A DNA stretch of 64,000 nucleotides from Chrysemys picta bellii (GCF_011386835.1 NC_088800.1:682001-746000), one strand, 5' to 3'. Numbered from the stretch's first letter, positions 33,740-46,450 are shown. Program-made: numbers and translations. The notes: generated from the sequence alone by a model not told the origin.

Positions 33740-34456
33740 TGACCCCCATGCTGAGGAGGGGGGGAGAAGGGAACTGGGTCAGGGGGTGACCCCCATGTCA
33801 GGACAGAAGAAGGGGGGGTGACCCCCTATGTCAGGGGGAGAGAAGGGGACCGGGTGGGGGTGACCCCCATGTCGTGGGGGGGAGAAGGGGACCGGGTGGG
33901 GGTGACCCCCATGTCGTGGGGGGGGAGGAGATGGGGGTGACCCCCTATGTCAGGGGGAGAGAAGGGGACCGGGTGGGGGTGACCCCCACGTAGTGGGGGG
34001 GAGAAGGAGATGGGGGGTGACCCCCTATGTCAGGGGGAGAGAAGGGGACCGGGTGGGGGTGACCCCCATGTCATGGGGGGGAGAAGGAGATGGGGGGTGA
34101 CCCCCTATGTCAGGGGGAGAGAAGGGGACCGGGTGGGGGTGACCCCCATGTCATGGGGGGGAGAAGGAGATGGGGGGTGACCCCCTATCTCAGGGGGAGA
34201 GAAGGGGACCGGATGGGGGTGACCCCCATGTCGTGGGGGGGAGAAGGGGACCGGGTGGGGGTGACCCCCATGTCGTGGGGGGGGAGGAGATGGGGGGTGA
34301 CTCTCTATGTCAGGGGGAGAGAAGGGGACCGGGTGGGGGTGACCCCCATGTCATGGGGGGGAGAAGGGGACCGGGTGGGGGTGACCCCCTATGTCGGAGG
34401 GGAGAAGGGGACCGGGTGGGGGTGACCCCCATGTCGTGGGGGGGGGGAGATGGGGT
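33740..34456. repeat. G-rich minisatellite, about 18 units of 36-43 bp, with an 80-bp higher-order dimer
   Basis: Core gtgacccc(c/t)atgtc recurs about 18 times; dimers start at 34017, 34097 and 34177. Confidence 0.95.
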
Positions 34457-34469
34457 CCCTGTCCGCGCA

Positions 34470-35330
34470 CCGGAACTGCAGGGGCTGGGCCCGGCCTTGG
34501 GTGCCCCGGGTGCCCCCGGTCCGGCGCGGGGCCGAGGGCGCCGCCTCCCGAGGAGGGGCCGGGCGCCGGGCCGGAGGGACCCGCTGCCGCAGTGACGGCA
34601 TCCGGCGGCGCCCGCTGGGCCGGGCCGGGCCGGGCTGGGCTGACAGCTGCGGCGAGTCACCAGGCGGCGGCCGGGCCTGGCCCCCCTGCTCCTGCTGGGC
34701 CGGGCTCGGCTCCGGGGCGGGGGCTCCGGGCTTCCCCGCGAGGTGACGCTGCTCCGCCGCCGCCCATAAAGGGCCGCGGCCGCCAGCCGAGCGGAGCCGA
34801 GCGCCGCGCGGGGTAAGGCCGGGCCGGGAGCGGGGCGCCGGGAGCGGGGCTGTGTCGGGCGGGCGGGCCGGGGCGCCCCGTTTGCTGGGCGAGCCCGTGG
34901 GCAGCTCCCGCGAGCCGGGCCGGGCCGGGCCGTAGCGCTCGGGCTCGGGGAGAATCGGGGCTTGACAGCTCTGGCCTGCGCCCGAGCCTGGCTGGTTCCC
35001 CTGCTGGGCGCTCCGGGAGCCCGGCGAGAGCTGGGGCGCTGGGACCCAGCTCACAGCCTGGCTCAGCCGGCGAGGCGGGGAGGCGGCCTGCGAGCAGCTC
35101 CGGGCGGTGAGTCGGTGGCTGCTGCGGGAGCCGCTGCGGGCCTGAGCCCGGCGCCGAGTCCGCGGGCCGGGGGGCAGCTGGGCTGCCTGGGAGGTGGGAA
35201 TCGGGCTGGCGCAGAAGAAGGGGCCGTAGGGGGGTGGGGGGCCAGGCAGTGCCTGTGCTCTGGGGCTTGCTGCTTGGCACTGCGGCGCGGCCTGGGCTCA
35301 GGCCAGCTGTGAATCGTTTCGGTCCCAGGT
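34470..35330 (+). promoter_or_regulatory. FURIN CpG-island promoter with candidate non-coding first exons
   Basis: CRE-like gtgacgct at 34743, TATA-like cataaa at 34765, donors GG|gtaagg at 34813 and CG|gtgagt at 35107. Confidence 0.7.
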
Positions 35331-38300
35331 GACATTTGTGGGGTGGCCCCATTGCGTAGTGGGACCTTCCTGCTTTGGTGACCCCCCAGCCTTGCCCCAC
35401 TGACAGGGCAGAGCCCCCTCGGCTGGGGGCTGTGTTCTGTACGCTCTGAGCAGGGGGGAGCAGACCCAGGGCGTGCGCTCAGTGCTTCCCAAAGCCGCCC
35501 CCCGTCAGGGTCTTGGCTTCTGAACGGTGTGGCTGGTCCCCTGGACATGCTGGGCTTGGACTGAAGCTGGGCTTGAGGGTGGAGCTGAGGGGAGCTTTGC
35601 TTGGGGACCCCAAAGCACCTTCAAACCTAGTGCCCCAAACTCGCCAGAGCTGAGGGAGGGCCCCAGCTGGGCAGTTGGGGCAGGCTGGGTGGTCTTAGGG
35701 GCTGAAAGCACCTGGCACGCTGCACTGCCAATCGCTCTAAAACGACTGTGTTAGAAGTGGCAGTTCTTACTCCCACTTATGCCAGGTGGCTCCTCGCTGC
35801 TCCTGTGGGGATGGGCAGTTCTGTGGTCCAGACCCCCCCGTTCTTCAGAAACATGGGTCTTTGGGGGGGCTGGGGAGGAAACCAACGGCTGTAAGGCGCT
35901 CCTAGTGGGGGAGAGCAGCCTTGCCATCTCCCGCTTGGGTGAAGCGCCTGCTGCCATCAGTGGGCACTGGAGCAGCCCTGGCTGCAGGTGGGCAGTGCTG
36001 TACCCGCAGAAGGTGGGCAGCTGGGTAATCGAGGGGGTGGGGAGGGACTGGCCGCCCCAGCGGCTGCTCTCATGAGGAAGTGGTTTGTTTTGGCTGGTTA
36101 TGTAGCCTGGCTGGCCACGTCTCTGCACTGGACTGCGTAATTACCTAGTGTTGGTGAATCCCACAGGCTATCATTAAGTCCAGAGTTTAGCAGGCAGGAG
36201 ACACACCCAGTTATATGTGGGTGCTGTCGAATGTCGGTCTGTGGCATAGCCCCGGCTGTGGTGGTGCCGGTGCAGAACAGCTAGGTGGGAGCCACCCTGG
36301 AATCACTGGCTGAGCTACTTCTGAGTCCATGATAACCTTTTGTGCCACCCCCGACCCCAGCCTTTCCTCTGTGCTTGTGCACAGCTGGTCTCTGGAAGCC
36401 CAGGGGTTGCTGCCCTCTGCCCCATGCCCCGGGCATCCCCCATGTGGTTGATAGGGCTGCAAGTTGCTAGGGGCAGGCTGTGCAGTGACTCTCAACAGGG
36501 CTCTGGGCCCTAGCGTAAGGAATTTAATCCCTCCTGCTCCATGGAAACAGGCTAGGGGCTCGGGAGAGCCTGTCTAGGTGGGAGATGGGGCTAGGGCGAG
36601 CCCCGCTCTGGCCATCCGTATGGCAAGGGCAGCTGGGGCCAGGCCCTGGCGTTCCATGGCACACTACAGCTCCACCCATCAGCCCTGCCCCCACTTAGAA
36701 GGGCAGTCACAAGGGGGGGCCTTCCCCTTTCCGAGAGGTAGGAGCAGGGGTATGGGGCCCCCTCCTTTCCCAGCAGGAGCTCCTGCCATCCCCACACCTG
36801 GGGAGAAGCAGGGTGACAGCAGCCAGGATGTGTCTGAGTCAGTGGGTGGGCCGGGCTCACTGCCCTCTGCCCTTGGCTGGGGGATGGTGGCAGGGCCCCC
36901 AGAGCAGTGAGGTGTGGTGTTAACCCTCCATTGAGGAACATGGGGACCCCCCTCCCTGAGCCGTCACAACTTCGCTGTTTGCTCCTCTTCCCAGGCCCGG
37001 GGCTTAGGCTCTTTGCCGGAATCACTCCCATCCCCTGGCTCCAGTAGTGCCTGGGTCATAGAGAGTCCCAAGTGGGCACTTCATGCCACTCGGTGCAGCC
37101 CCTCGTCCCTTGCTAGGTGGCCGAGGCATGGGCCCCTCTCGCCCTCCTAAGGCCACTCCTGTCCCCTGCAGTAATCTTCCGCTGAATTGTAGCTGCGGGT
37201 CACAGCCTTCCTAGCTCACATCAGGGCTCTTTGCATTTCTCCACCCCCCAGGTTCTATGGGCTACCCCATCCCCCTCTATTTCAAGGACTTCCTGTAGCC
37301 CCTCGCCTCATGCCAGAGGCTGTGCCCCCATTCTCCCCCCAGGCCTCCTTCGCACACCGATATTGCATCTCCTTAGGGTACCAACGTGTAAACTGTTTTG
37401 GGAGGCTGGGCGGTGCTGAGCTGGGGATGGGGGTAATTTCTGCCATCAGTGGGTTCTTTGATCTGTAGGCAATTAATTACAGGCTGCTGCTGCTGCCTCT
37501 GCTAGCCAGGTGCTCCATGGGATCCCCATTTCCCCCTTCCGGGTTTTCACCTGGATCCATGGGGTTTGCCCCCGGTGCCTAGCCTTGACGCTCAGGATTT
37601 GAGCGGCTGTGCCCGTTTTGCGTGGCAGTCAGACTGAGTGTGCTCACCCCCCTCCCAAGCCAGGGGCCACGTGACCAGGCATGGCCATGCCTGCACTGTG
37701 GGGTTGGGCCCATGTCACCTGGGCCTGGTGGCCCAGCTGGCTCGCTGGAGCTGGGGTCTCCAAGTGGCTCTCCCAGGTCCCCTGGCTCTGGGTTTCTCAG
37801 CACCCTTGTGAGTGAGGGAGCTGATTAAAGGCCTGTGTGGGTGGGAGAGGGGTGCTGGGGCTGCTTGTTTCTTTTGCTGGATATGAAGAGGTTCTCCTCC
37901 CTCCCTCCCCCCCGGTGGTTTGGCTGCTTGCCCCTTGCCCAGCTGGGGTCTGCCTTGAGCTGGGCGCTTGGGGTGGGTTTCCTGTTTGCTTCTGCCTGGG
38001 CAGAGGGAGCCATTTGCTGTCCTCTCCCCTCCTTCAGCAAACACGGCCTGCCCTGCTCCCTGCTGGCTGTGTCTGCCTGTTTGTAAGCCTCGAGCATAAA
38101 CACACATTGGCCAATAGCAGGGTAAACAGTGTGAGATGAGCAAGGCCTCCTGGAACTCTGCAGCTGGGAGCTGGTCAGAGCTCCCGGGCTGGGCTGGGGG
38201 CAGGGCCCCTCTGTGCGGGATTCGCAGCTCGCCCCCCTCCGGTCAAGGACTGCGCTCTGTGCGTGTGCGCTGGGGCCTGGGCGGGCTCTCCTGGCAGGGC

Positions 38301-38568
38301 TGTTTCCTGGGGGCTCTGTGGGGCTGATCGCTGTGGAGCGGCTCAGCCCTGACTTGTGCTGCTCTTCCTCCAGGGGACCTCGGATCAATTGTGGTGCTGT
38401 CCAGCCCCTCGGCTCAGCGTGCTGCTCCGATGCCGTCCCCATGATCCCCAGGCCGGCTGGAGGGCCAGCCGGGCAGAGCGAGCGGCAGAGCGCCCGGCTG
38501 CGCTGAGTGAGGAGCGCCTGCTGGGCACTGGTGTTCCTGGGCCCACGGCGAGAGGCTCCAACCTTCTG

Positions 38569-38748
38569 ATGGATCGGGGGCCCCGTTTGCTGCTCTTGCT
38601 GTGGACTCCAGTGGTGGCGGTGGCGTTGCTGGCCCAGGAGGGGCTAGGCCAGCGCGTCTACACCAACACCTGGGCCGTGCTTGTCCCAACGGGGCCACAG
38701 GAGGCTGACAGGCTGGCCAGGAAGCATGGATTCCTCAACCTTGGGCCG
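38569..38748 (+). CDS. FURIN: FURIN coding exon 1 (exon begins 38374 with 5' UTR)
   Basis: MDRGPRLLLLLW...VYTNTWAV...KHGFLNLGP; acceptor ctcttcctccag at 38373; donor gtgagt. Confidence 0.93.
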
Positions 38749-40877
38749 GTGAGTGAGCTTCTCCCTGCTTGGAGCGCCCCCCACCCCCGCCAGTCCTGTG
38801 TGCCTGGTGCTCCGCCTGCCCCTCGCAGGCCCTCTGGCTCCTGGCATCAGAGCCTGCCTGGGGGCCACATGGGGCAGTTCTCCCTGGGGGGCAGGGGCAG
38901 TCTGTTTGCACAATGCCAGGCAGGTCCCTGGGGCCCTGTCAGTGCAGTTCTTCTTGCAGGGCCTCTGTTGGCACTCCTGGGTTGTTGTGGGCTGGGGGCA
39001 GGGCTTCTCCCCCTCCCCCCAGCTAGCAGGGCTGCCCCTCAGCCCAGCCTGGAGCTGACTTTCCCACGGACTGGGGAGTCAGGAGATGCACTCCGATCCC
39101 ACCCCCAGGAGACTGAGTGGGTGAGGCAGGGCTGTGGGGTGGCTGCGTCGGAAGGAGCAGTGTTTGGGTGAGTCTCCAGGACCCCTGCCAGCTGTTCCCC
39201 TTCAAGTGAGCTGGGCACAAAGGTCCAGCGTTCCCATGCGGGATGGCAGGTGCTGCGACCTGCTGCGGGAGATCTGGTCAGGCGGGTTGTTGACAATGAC
39301 TCCTGTGTCCTTCTCCAGGAATGCCCTCTGCAAACGCATGTGTCAGCCCGGCCCTGTTTCCCTTCCATCAGCGTGTGGGCATGGGGGCTGTGTGGGACTT
39401 GTCAGTTCCCCATTGGTTCTGCCGTCCCTTCTCTTATCTCTGTGCTGGGAGCCTGGCAGCCCCTGCGATCTCTGCAGCACTGGCTGAGGCCTAGGGCTCT
39501 TGTCCATGCTCAGCGCCCGCTCCCCGTGGCGGGGGCATGGCTGCCGTTCACACCAAGGATAGCGAAGGTGGAGGTGAGGCCCTGGCCTTGGCAGGGCCGA
39601 TGCTTCGCGGAGCGTGCGCCAGGCGGGGCGGGGACTTGGCTGGCCCTTTGTTTTCTTGTCCTGGTGGCAGCTCTTTCTTCCGGGCCAGTCCCTGAGCCCC
39701 TGGCTGATGAGCGGCGGTGGGAGAGCTGCCCCAGGGCACTGGCGTCATTGCTTTCTCTGGCTCAAGTGGTGTGGGAAAATGTGACGTGTCCTCAGGAGCA
39801 CTGGATGCAGCCCGCAGCGCTGTGACCAGCAGAGCATGAAGTGCCACCAGGCCTGCGCCTCTGGGTGACCCAGCTGGGGCCTAGCAGTGGGTGGCCGGGA
39901 CCTGCCACCTCAGGCTGGGTGGAGACAGCGGTTGCCTGAGCCCCCTGAGCGAGCCTGTGCTGCACTTCCCTGCTCCCCGCCTGCTTTGTCCCTGACCGAA
40001 GGGGGCAAGGCTGTGGAATGTCTCCCTGCCCCCCCTGGGAGCCCTGGTGAAGCACTGCCTGCCGGGGGCCACAGGGCTAGGGCTGCCGGCTGCCCTGCCG
40101 GGGGGTGCTGCTACTTTGCCAGGCTTCCTCCGGCTGAGGAGTGAGTGCTCAGGAGGGAGCAGGGGCTTGAGATGTCCGTGATCTGGGGGGCCGGCTCTGC
40201 CCTAGTGACGTGGGGTCGGGCTCTGCTGGGCCTTGGGGCCTCAGGCTGTGGGGAGTTCGGGGGAAGAGGAACCCAACCCTCCTGCATTCTTGGCTGTTCT
40301 CCTACAGCCCCCCCCAGGAGTGGAGGGGGGGCGCCCGGGTTGGTGTCAGGTGGGGGGCTGGGCTGCCCGGGTCCAGTCGGGGCTCTGCCCTGCCCTGCTC
40401 CCGCCGCCTGTGGAGTGAAGCCTCTGGTGAAAATCACCACTGCTGCCACGGTGCCTGTTCCAGGGCTTCACGGGGCACGTACAAGGAGAGCAACTGGCCC
40501 AGCCCCACCTGCCCTGGGGGTGAGTTGGGGGCAGAGCTGGGAGTGGTGGGGAGTGCATGTAGGGGTCTGAGGAGCGGGCTTCTATGCCCCCAAGGAGGCC
40601 TTCCTCAGCCAGCAGGGTGCAGGGTTCTCTCTCTGCCAGGAAGGAAGTGGACGGGGGTTGAAATCCCTCAGGAAGTTTCACAATTGGTAGCGGCAGGGCT
40701 GGGACCTTGCTCTGAGCCATCCGGCAGCAGCCGGCTGGGGGGCAGGGAAAGCAGCTGCCTCCGGAATAGCCCGGGTGCCTCTTTCTGCTGGCTCGTAAAG
40801 GGACCCGCACGCAGGGCTCAAGGACCGTGTGCACTTGCCGTGGGTGGGGGCAGGGGCTAGCACTTCCCAGAGCAGTC

Positions 40878-41000
40878 AGGGCCTGGCGTTTGACGGTGTG
40901 GGCTGGGGGCGGGGGGGGGGAAGCACGGAGAGGCCTGGCGTTTGCTCTGACGGTGTGGGCTGGGGGCGGGGGGGAGCACGGAGAGGCCTGGCGTTTGCTC
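40878..41000. repeat. Short tandem repeat, ~53 bp x 2.5, in a FURIN intron
   Basis: ggcctggcgtttg(ctct)gacggtgtgggctgggggcggggggg...gcacggaga. Confidence 0.75.
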
Positions 41001-41895
41001 TGACGCTGCGGGCTGGGAAGGGGAGGGGGGTGGCATGGAGGGGCCTGACCCGTGTACAGATCTTGGAATTGAAGTGAAAGCTTCAAACTCCGCACTGAGG
41101 CCAGTGCCCCTTGGTGCCAGGGTTCCTCCTCTGCACCCGGAGCTGCTCTTCCTGCAGGTGCCTCCTCGCTGGCAGTGGGGCTGGTTTTGCTGCCGGTGGG
41201 GGGGGGGCATGCTTGCTGGGGAGCGCTGGGGCCCGGGGGCTCAGTCCGCCACTGCGCAGGCAAGTGGGGGAGAGCTGGACTGGCGCTTGCATTGCTGCAG
41301 AGCCCGCTGGGTTGGCTTCTGGAGGGCCAGGGCCTGGGGGAGAAGCTGCCTGGTCTGTGGCCCTACAGTGCTGGCTACTGCTGGGCCTGTCGCTAGGAGA
41401 TCCCTGCAGGGCAGTGCCCCAGCTTGCTCTGTGGGGTGCTCTGCTACTCAGACTGCGTCATCCCACTGGGGCAGGTCCCAGAGTGCATGGGGGCTGCACA
41501 GACTCCTCTGCCAAATGCAAGCTATGAACTCGGGGTCCCCTGGCCAGGGCAGTAGGTCAAACCCCTGCTTGGGTAGCAGCAGCTGGTGCCAGGGAGCCGT
41601 TGAGGCTGGTGCCGAGATCCTGGCGGGAAGAGCAGAGCTGCGTGGGTTTGGGGAGGGGGCCCCCTCCCCGCCTGCTGCAGTGATTGCACTTGGCAACGCA
41701 GCTGAAGGGTGGCGTTTTTCTGGCTCATCCAGTTCACTTAATTCCCTGATGAGGCATCGCAGAGCAGTGTGACACAGGGCAGGGCTGGCACCAGTCTGGC
41801 CTGGGCCTCCCAGCAGCACCCGCCTGCAAGGCCCCAGCTGGCAGGAGGCCCGCGGGACTGGGGGTAAGGCTCAAAGGGGGCAGGACAGGGGCTGG

Positions 41896-42060
41896 CAGTG
41901 TCCCTCTAATTTGTTCTGTCCACCGGTATGAAGGTGATGTGTCACATAACCAAATTCATGTGGTGGGGGTGGGGCTGAGGGGTTCGGCCTGTGGGAGGGG
42001 GCTCAGGGTTGGGATGTGGAGGGGTGGGCTTTGGGGATGAAGGGTTTGGGCCTGCCCTGA
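41896..42060. mobile_element. Truncated hAT-like MITE end
   Basis: Begins cagtgtccctctaattt and is followed by G-rich subterminal repeats; no second TIR seen. Confidence 0.4.
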
Positions 42061-44514
42061 ACGTGGCCCTCGGCGCTAGGGGCTTGTTCTGGAACAGGGC
42101 TCCTGCAGGACAGGTGGCTGGCTGGGCTGCCTGCTAGCATCGCCGCTCGGTCCGGGCAGGCCCTAATCCTGTCTGGTGACTAGGCAGAGCTGGGAGCTGC
42201 TCTGGGGAACAATGGGCCCCTGTTCCTGGCCCAGGCAGGCGAGGTGCGACGTGGCGCTCGCTGGGCCAAGGGCGGCTTATGAAACCAAGTAGCTTTTCTC
42301 TTCCCCAGCTCCCATATCACGTGGCACTGGTTGCATCCTTTGGCCTGCCCCTGGCCAGGACCACGGCCCCGCTGACAGGACGCATGGGGGCCTGTCTCTG
42401 GCCTTTGGCACCATAGCCCTGCCCCCAGTGCACTGCCATGTGGGCACAGAAAGGACTCGCCCAGGTCACACAGGGCGTCTGCGGCAGAGCAGCCCCTCGA
42501 ACCCAGAGCTGCCGGACCCCATGGCCACCCTCCCGCTCTGGGCTGCATGGGGCAGGGCAGAGCTCAGCTCTCTGGCTGGGGCCCTGGCTCTGGCGGAAGT
42601 GGGGGGCTGTGGAGCCCAGGGTGGAAGTGGGGGACTGGGGCTGCAGAGATGCCTGGTCTCCACCCATGTGCTTGTGCGGGAGCCGCTGGCGTGTGCTGTG
42701 GCGGCTCTGGGCAGGGAGCCAGGCTGTGCAGCACCTGTGCTGGGCGGGAGGCCGTGCAGGGGAGCAGAGCCCAGCTGCAGCCTCTGTCTGGCCCCAACAC
42801 CTGCTCCGGGAGGATTTGCAGGCGCCCGGCTGGGCAGGGCACTTCCTGCAGCCTTTTCCCTTCGAATCCGAGGGGCCCCACTCCCCTATGGCTCAGCGAC
42901 TGCCCCACTCCTGTCCCAGGCGGGGCATGTGGGGAGGGTGCTGTGGTGCCTGGGGATGGCAGTGGGGAGCGACACACAGGCTGGGCTAGGACGTGAGACT
43001 TCCGCCAGAGACCTGCCTCGTAGGGATGGGCCCAGCCAGTGGCCACCTGCTCCCTCTCCTGGGAACAAGCCAAGTGCGGTGGGGAGCAGCCCACCACTGC
43101 TCAGCCCTGCCCTGGGGCAGAGAGAGCAGGGCTGGCCTCCTGCAGGGCCCAGAGCAGGTCCTTGAGCCAGCCTGAGGACTGCCTGCATGCCGGGCACTGT
43201 GCCCCCTGCCCACCCCCTCCTGAGGAGCCTGCTGTCTGCGCTCCCTGCAGCCCGGGCAGCGGTGTCTCCCCGCTCCAGGCACAGGCCTCGCCCAGCAGGG
43301 AGCAATGGTGCCCAGCAGAGGACATGCCTGCGCACTGGGCCTGCGGGGGGATGGCCCTAGGTGCCCTCCCGGGGAGGGGGACGCAGCCAGGTGCGGCCAG
43401 AGCAAGGCCTGGCTGTGGGGGAGGAAGCTGCCAGCCTCACTGGGCCGGGATGGGGAGCTGTAAGTACCAGGGTCCCTGGGTGTGCAGCGGGTTCCTCCGC
43501 CAGCCCTGGGACACCCAGCTCCCTGCTAGCGGAATTTGGCCATGGCGTCTCGCAGAGCTAGAGGCTGTGGTCCCGGGAGGTGACTGTGCCCTGCTGCGGG
43601 CTGGCCCGGGGGCTGCCGGACTCACTCACCAGTACAGGAGGCCCAGGAGGAAGGCCAGGGTGGAGGACGGGGGGCTGACTCATGGCCAGTTTCCAGGATG
43701 TGGAGCAGTGTATGGGAATGACTGGGCCGGAGAGAGAAGGGATTAAAAATAACCCACGGGGAGGCTCTTTGTGGGGCCAAGGCTGTGCTGGAGTCAGGCC
43801 CATCCCCTGTGGGGGGAAGGGGGACAGGCCAGCTTTTCCCCCGGGGAGCAGGAGGAAGCCCTGTCCAATACCTGCCCCCGGAGCACTGGCCGGGCTCGCT
43901 GGGCTGCGCTGGGACTCGGGCTTCATGTTCGACCCCAGCCGAGCACAGAGCAGGGTCCGGGGATGCCCGCGAGCCAGGGGCTGCTAGCAGGGGGGGTGTC
44001 CTGTGCCCCTCCCCTCAGCAGGCTCCAGGGCCACAGCCTTGGGGCGGATCCCCGTGTTGTGGGGACAGGATACATCCCTGGAGGGAGGGAAGGGTTGGCT
44101 CAGGGCTCTGATTGGCTGCTCCAGTCCTCCCCTCCTTGCCCCATCTGCCCCCCCTTCACTGTGCCCTCTCCCTTTGCGCCGCCCCCCCCCCCCCCCCCCA
44201 GCCACCGCACTCAGTTACCATGAAAGAAACCAAAACCCAGCCAAGGTCTAGTGTGCAAACCCCCAGGTGCTAGCCCATGGCTTTCCTGAGCACCTTCTGT
44301 GACCTTCCCAACCCTGCCCACTGTCCCCTGCTCTGTGGGCAGGGGCTGTCTGTCTTTGCAGCGCTCAGCACCGTAGGACGTGTAATAAGAAGGCCGGGGA
44401 TAGGGGCAAGTCTAGTCCGGGCTCCCAATCCCGGCTCTGCCCAGACTTTCTGTGTGCCCGGAGGTGGCGTGGCAGGTCGGGCCCTGGGCAGGGGGCTGGA
44501 GGGCTCTGTGCTGG

Positions 44515-44725
44515 GGGGGAGGGATAGCTCAGTGGTTTGAGCATTGGCCTGCTAAACCCAGGGTTGTGAGTTCGATCCTTGAGGGGGGCCACTTAGGGAT
44601 CTGGGGCAAAAATCAGTACTTGGTCCTGCTAGTGAAGGCAGGGGGCTGGACTCGATGACCTTTCAAGGTCCCTTCCAGTTCTAGGAGATGGGATATCTCC
44701 ATTAATTTATTTATTTATTTTATTT
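44515..44725 (+). mobile_element. tRNA-derived SINE (tortoise Pol III/SINE-like) with (TTTA)n tail
   Basis: Same A/B boxes as the 25.0-kb copy; tail ends about 30 bp before the FURIN acceptor. Confidence 0.9.
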
Positions 44726-44756
44726 GCTGGCCTCACCTGCGTTCTCTGTGTTGCAG

Positions 44757-44855
44757 ATTGTCGGTGACTATTACCACTTCCGGCACCGTGCGGTGGTGAA
44801 ACGTTCCCTCTCGCCCCACCGGTCCCGGCACAGCCACTTGGCCAGGGAGCCCCAG
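44757..44855 (+). CDS. FURIN: FURIN coding exon 2
   Basis: IVGDYYHFRHRAVVKRSLSPH...EPQ; 99 bp. Confidence 0.96.
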
Positions 44856-45169
44856 GTAGGTGGTGTCTGCCTTGCTGTCCTCACCGTGCCACTGGTGGGG
44901 CTGCCTGTGGGCCCCCCACCCACTCTGGGAAGCTCCTGGTTGAAGGGCTGAGCCACTTAGCAATGGCAGTTTGGTCCCAATCGCTAGCCTGTGCGGTGCC
45001 CAGAGCTGGGATGGGCAGGGGCAGGGCAGGGCTGGGGACAGCAGCAGAGTTGAGGAGGGGACCAGGACTGTGATCACAGTAGGGAGACGGCCTGTGGGCT
45101 GGGCCTCATCAGAACTGGGGGGCAGGGACCAAGGCCTAGAGTAGCAGCAGGCTCTGGGTTAGAGTTTTG

Positions 45170-45285
45170 AGGCACCAGCAGAGCTGGGGGGTCCAGGGCT
45201 GGAATAGCAGGGGGCTGTGGGTCAGGGTTGGGGGGCACCAGCAGAGCTGGGGGGTCCAGGGCTGGAATAGCAGGATGCTGTGGGT
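45170..45285. repeat. ~62-bp tandem duplication
   Basis: ggcaccagcagagctggggggtccagggctggaatagcagg occurs twice. Confidence 0.75.
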
Positions 45286-46450
45286 CCAGGTTGTCAGGTA
45301 CTGCGCCCGCCTGGCTACGTCTCGCGTGGGCTGAGAGCTCCCCTGAGCCATTCGCAGGCAGCGGGACTGAGTGCCAGGCGCTGCTTTGCACCCCCAATTG
45401 TCCGTCTGCTCTGCCGGGATCACACCAGGCCCCTTAGTCGCCAGCTCTGCTCATTTGTCCTGGGGAGCAGCTGGGCCCCGCCCAGTGCCCAGGCCAGTCA
45501 CGGTGGCCGAACCCTTTTCTGACTGGGCTCCTGGGCTGGCACGAGGCTCCCACCAAGGCTGGTGCTGAATGCAGGGGCCCTGGCTCACCACAGGGGTCCT
45601 GATGTCCCCAGCCGGGGGGGGAGGGAGATGTGGGAGGGGCGTGGCTTCATCTGGCACTCCAGTCTCAAGACTGCAGGGGGCTGGAGACTGGGTCCTCTGT
45701 CCCTCCCCCCAGGATCTCTATGGGCCACAAACTTTGGTGGTGGCTTCAGAGGTGCCCATGTAGTGGGGGAAGGGGCTGGCTGGAGGGATTCAGAGCTATT
45801 GCCACTGCTGCGCTCCCCGGGGAATAGGCAGGGCCTTGGGTTCCTGGGCAGACCGAGGGGGGAGCCAGTGTCCGGTGCCGGAGGCCTTGCTGTGACTCTG
45901 CCTGGGATGCTGGCCGTTCCTGGGCAGGACGCTGCGTTCTGGGCTGGAGCCTTTGCCCTGAGAGCTCCTTCGCCCAGGGGCTGTGGCAGGTTGGCCCAGC
46001 AGACCGGGGCCCAGCGCTGGCAGCGTGTGTTGGAGCGGTGCCAGCCGAGAGCCCCCGTCCATAGCCGGATGGTGCGGGCCCCCAGCCAGGCCTGGGAGCA
46101 GGGCTGACATGAAGCCAACCCCTTGCAGCCACTCCTTCCACTGGGTGAGAGCACACCCCACTGGGATGTCCTTCTCCTATCTTCCCGGCCCCGCTGAGCT
46201 CCATTAGTGTGCCCCCTCCCCTTAGGTACTGCACAGGCCCCACCATGCCCCTGCCAGGCAGACGCCTCCTGTAGCAAGAGGGGCTGGTATAGCCTGAGGC
46301 TGGGCCAGGGCAGTGGCAGCTGCGGGCCAGGCTAGCTGGGGTCAGTCTCGGGTGCCTGTAGCTGCTGGGAGGAGCAGATGCCCAAGCCTGAGCTGGCTTC
46401 TCCGTCTGCTCAGCAGGGGGCGCTCTTCACCCTCCTCTGTCCGTCTCTAG

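Noticed and set aside
38356-38568. In-frame upstream extension of FURIN in ORF 38356-39171
   Set aside because: It begins at a non-ATG codon inside the intron, and the signal peptide starts at ATG 38569.
46410-46424. CTCF-like motif tcagcagggggcgc (weaker ones at 17-30, 104-118, 25870-25885 and 32875-32888)
   Set aside because: Such matches are frequent in GC-rich DNA and cannot be supported without ChIP or conservation data.
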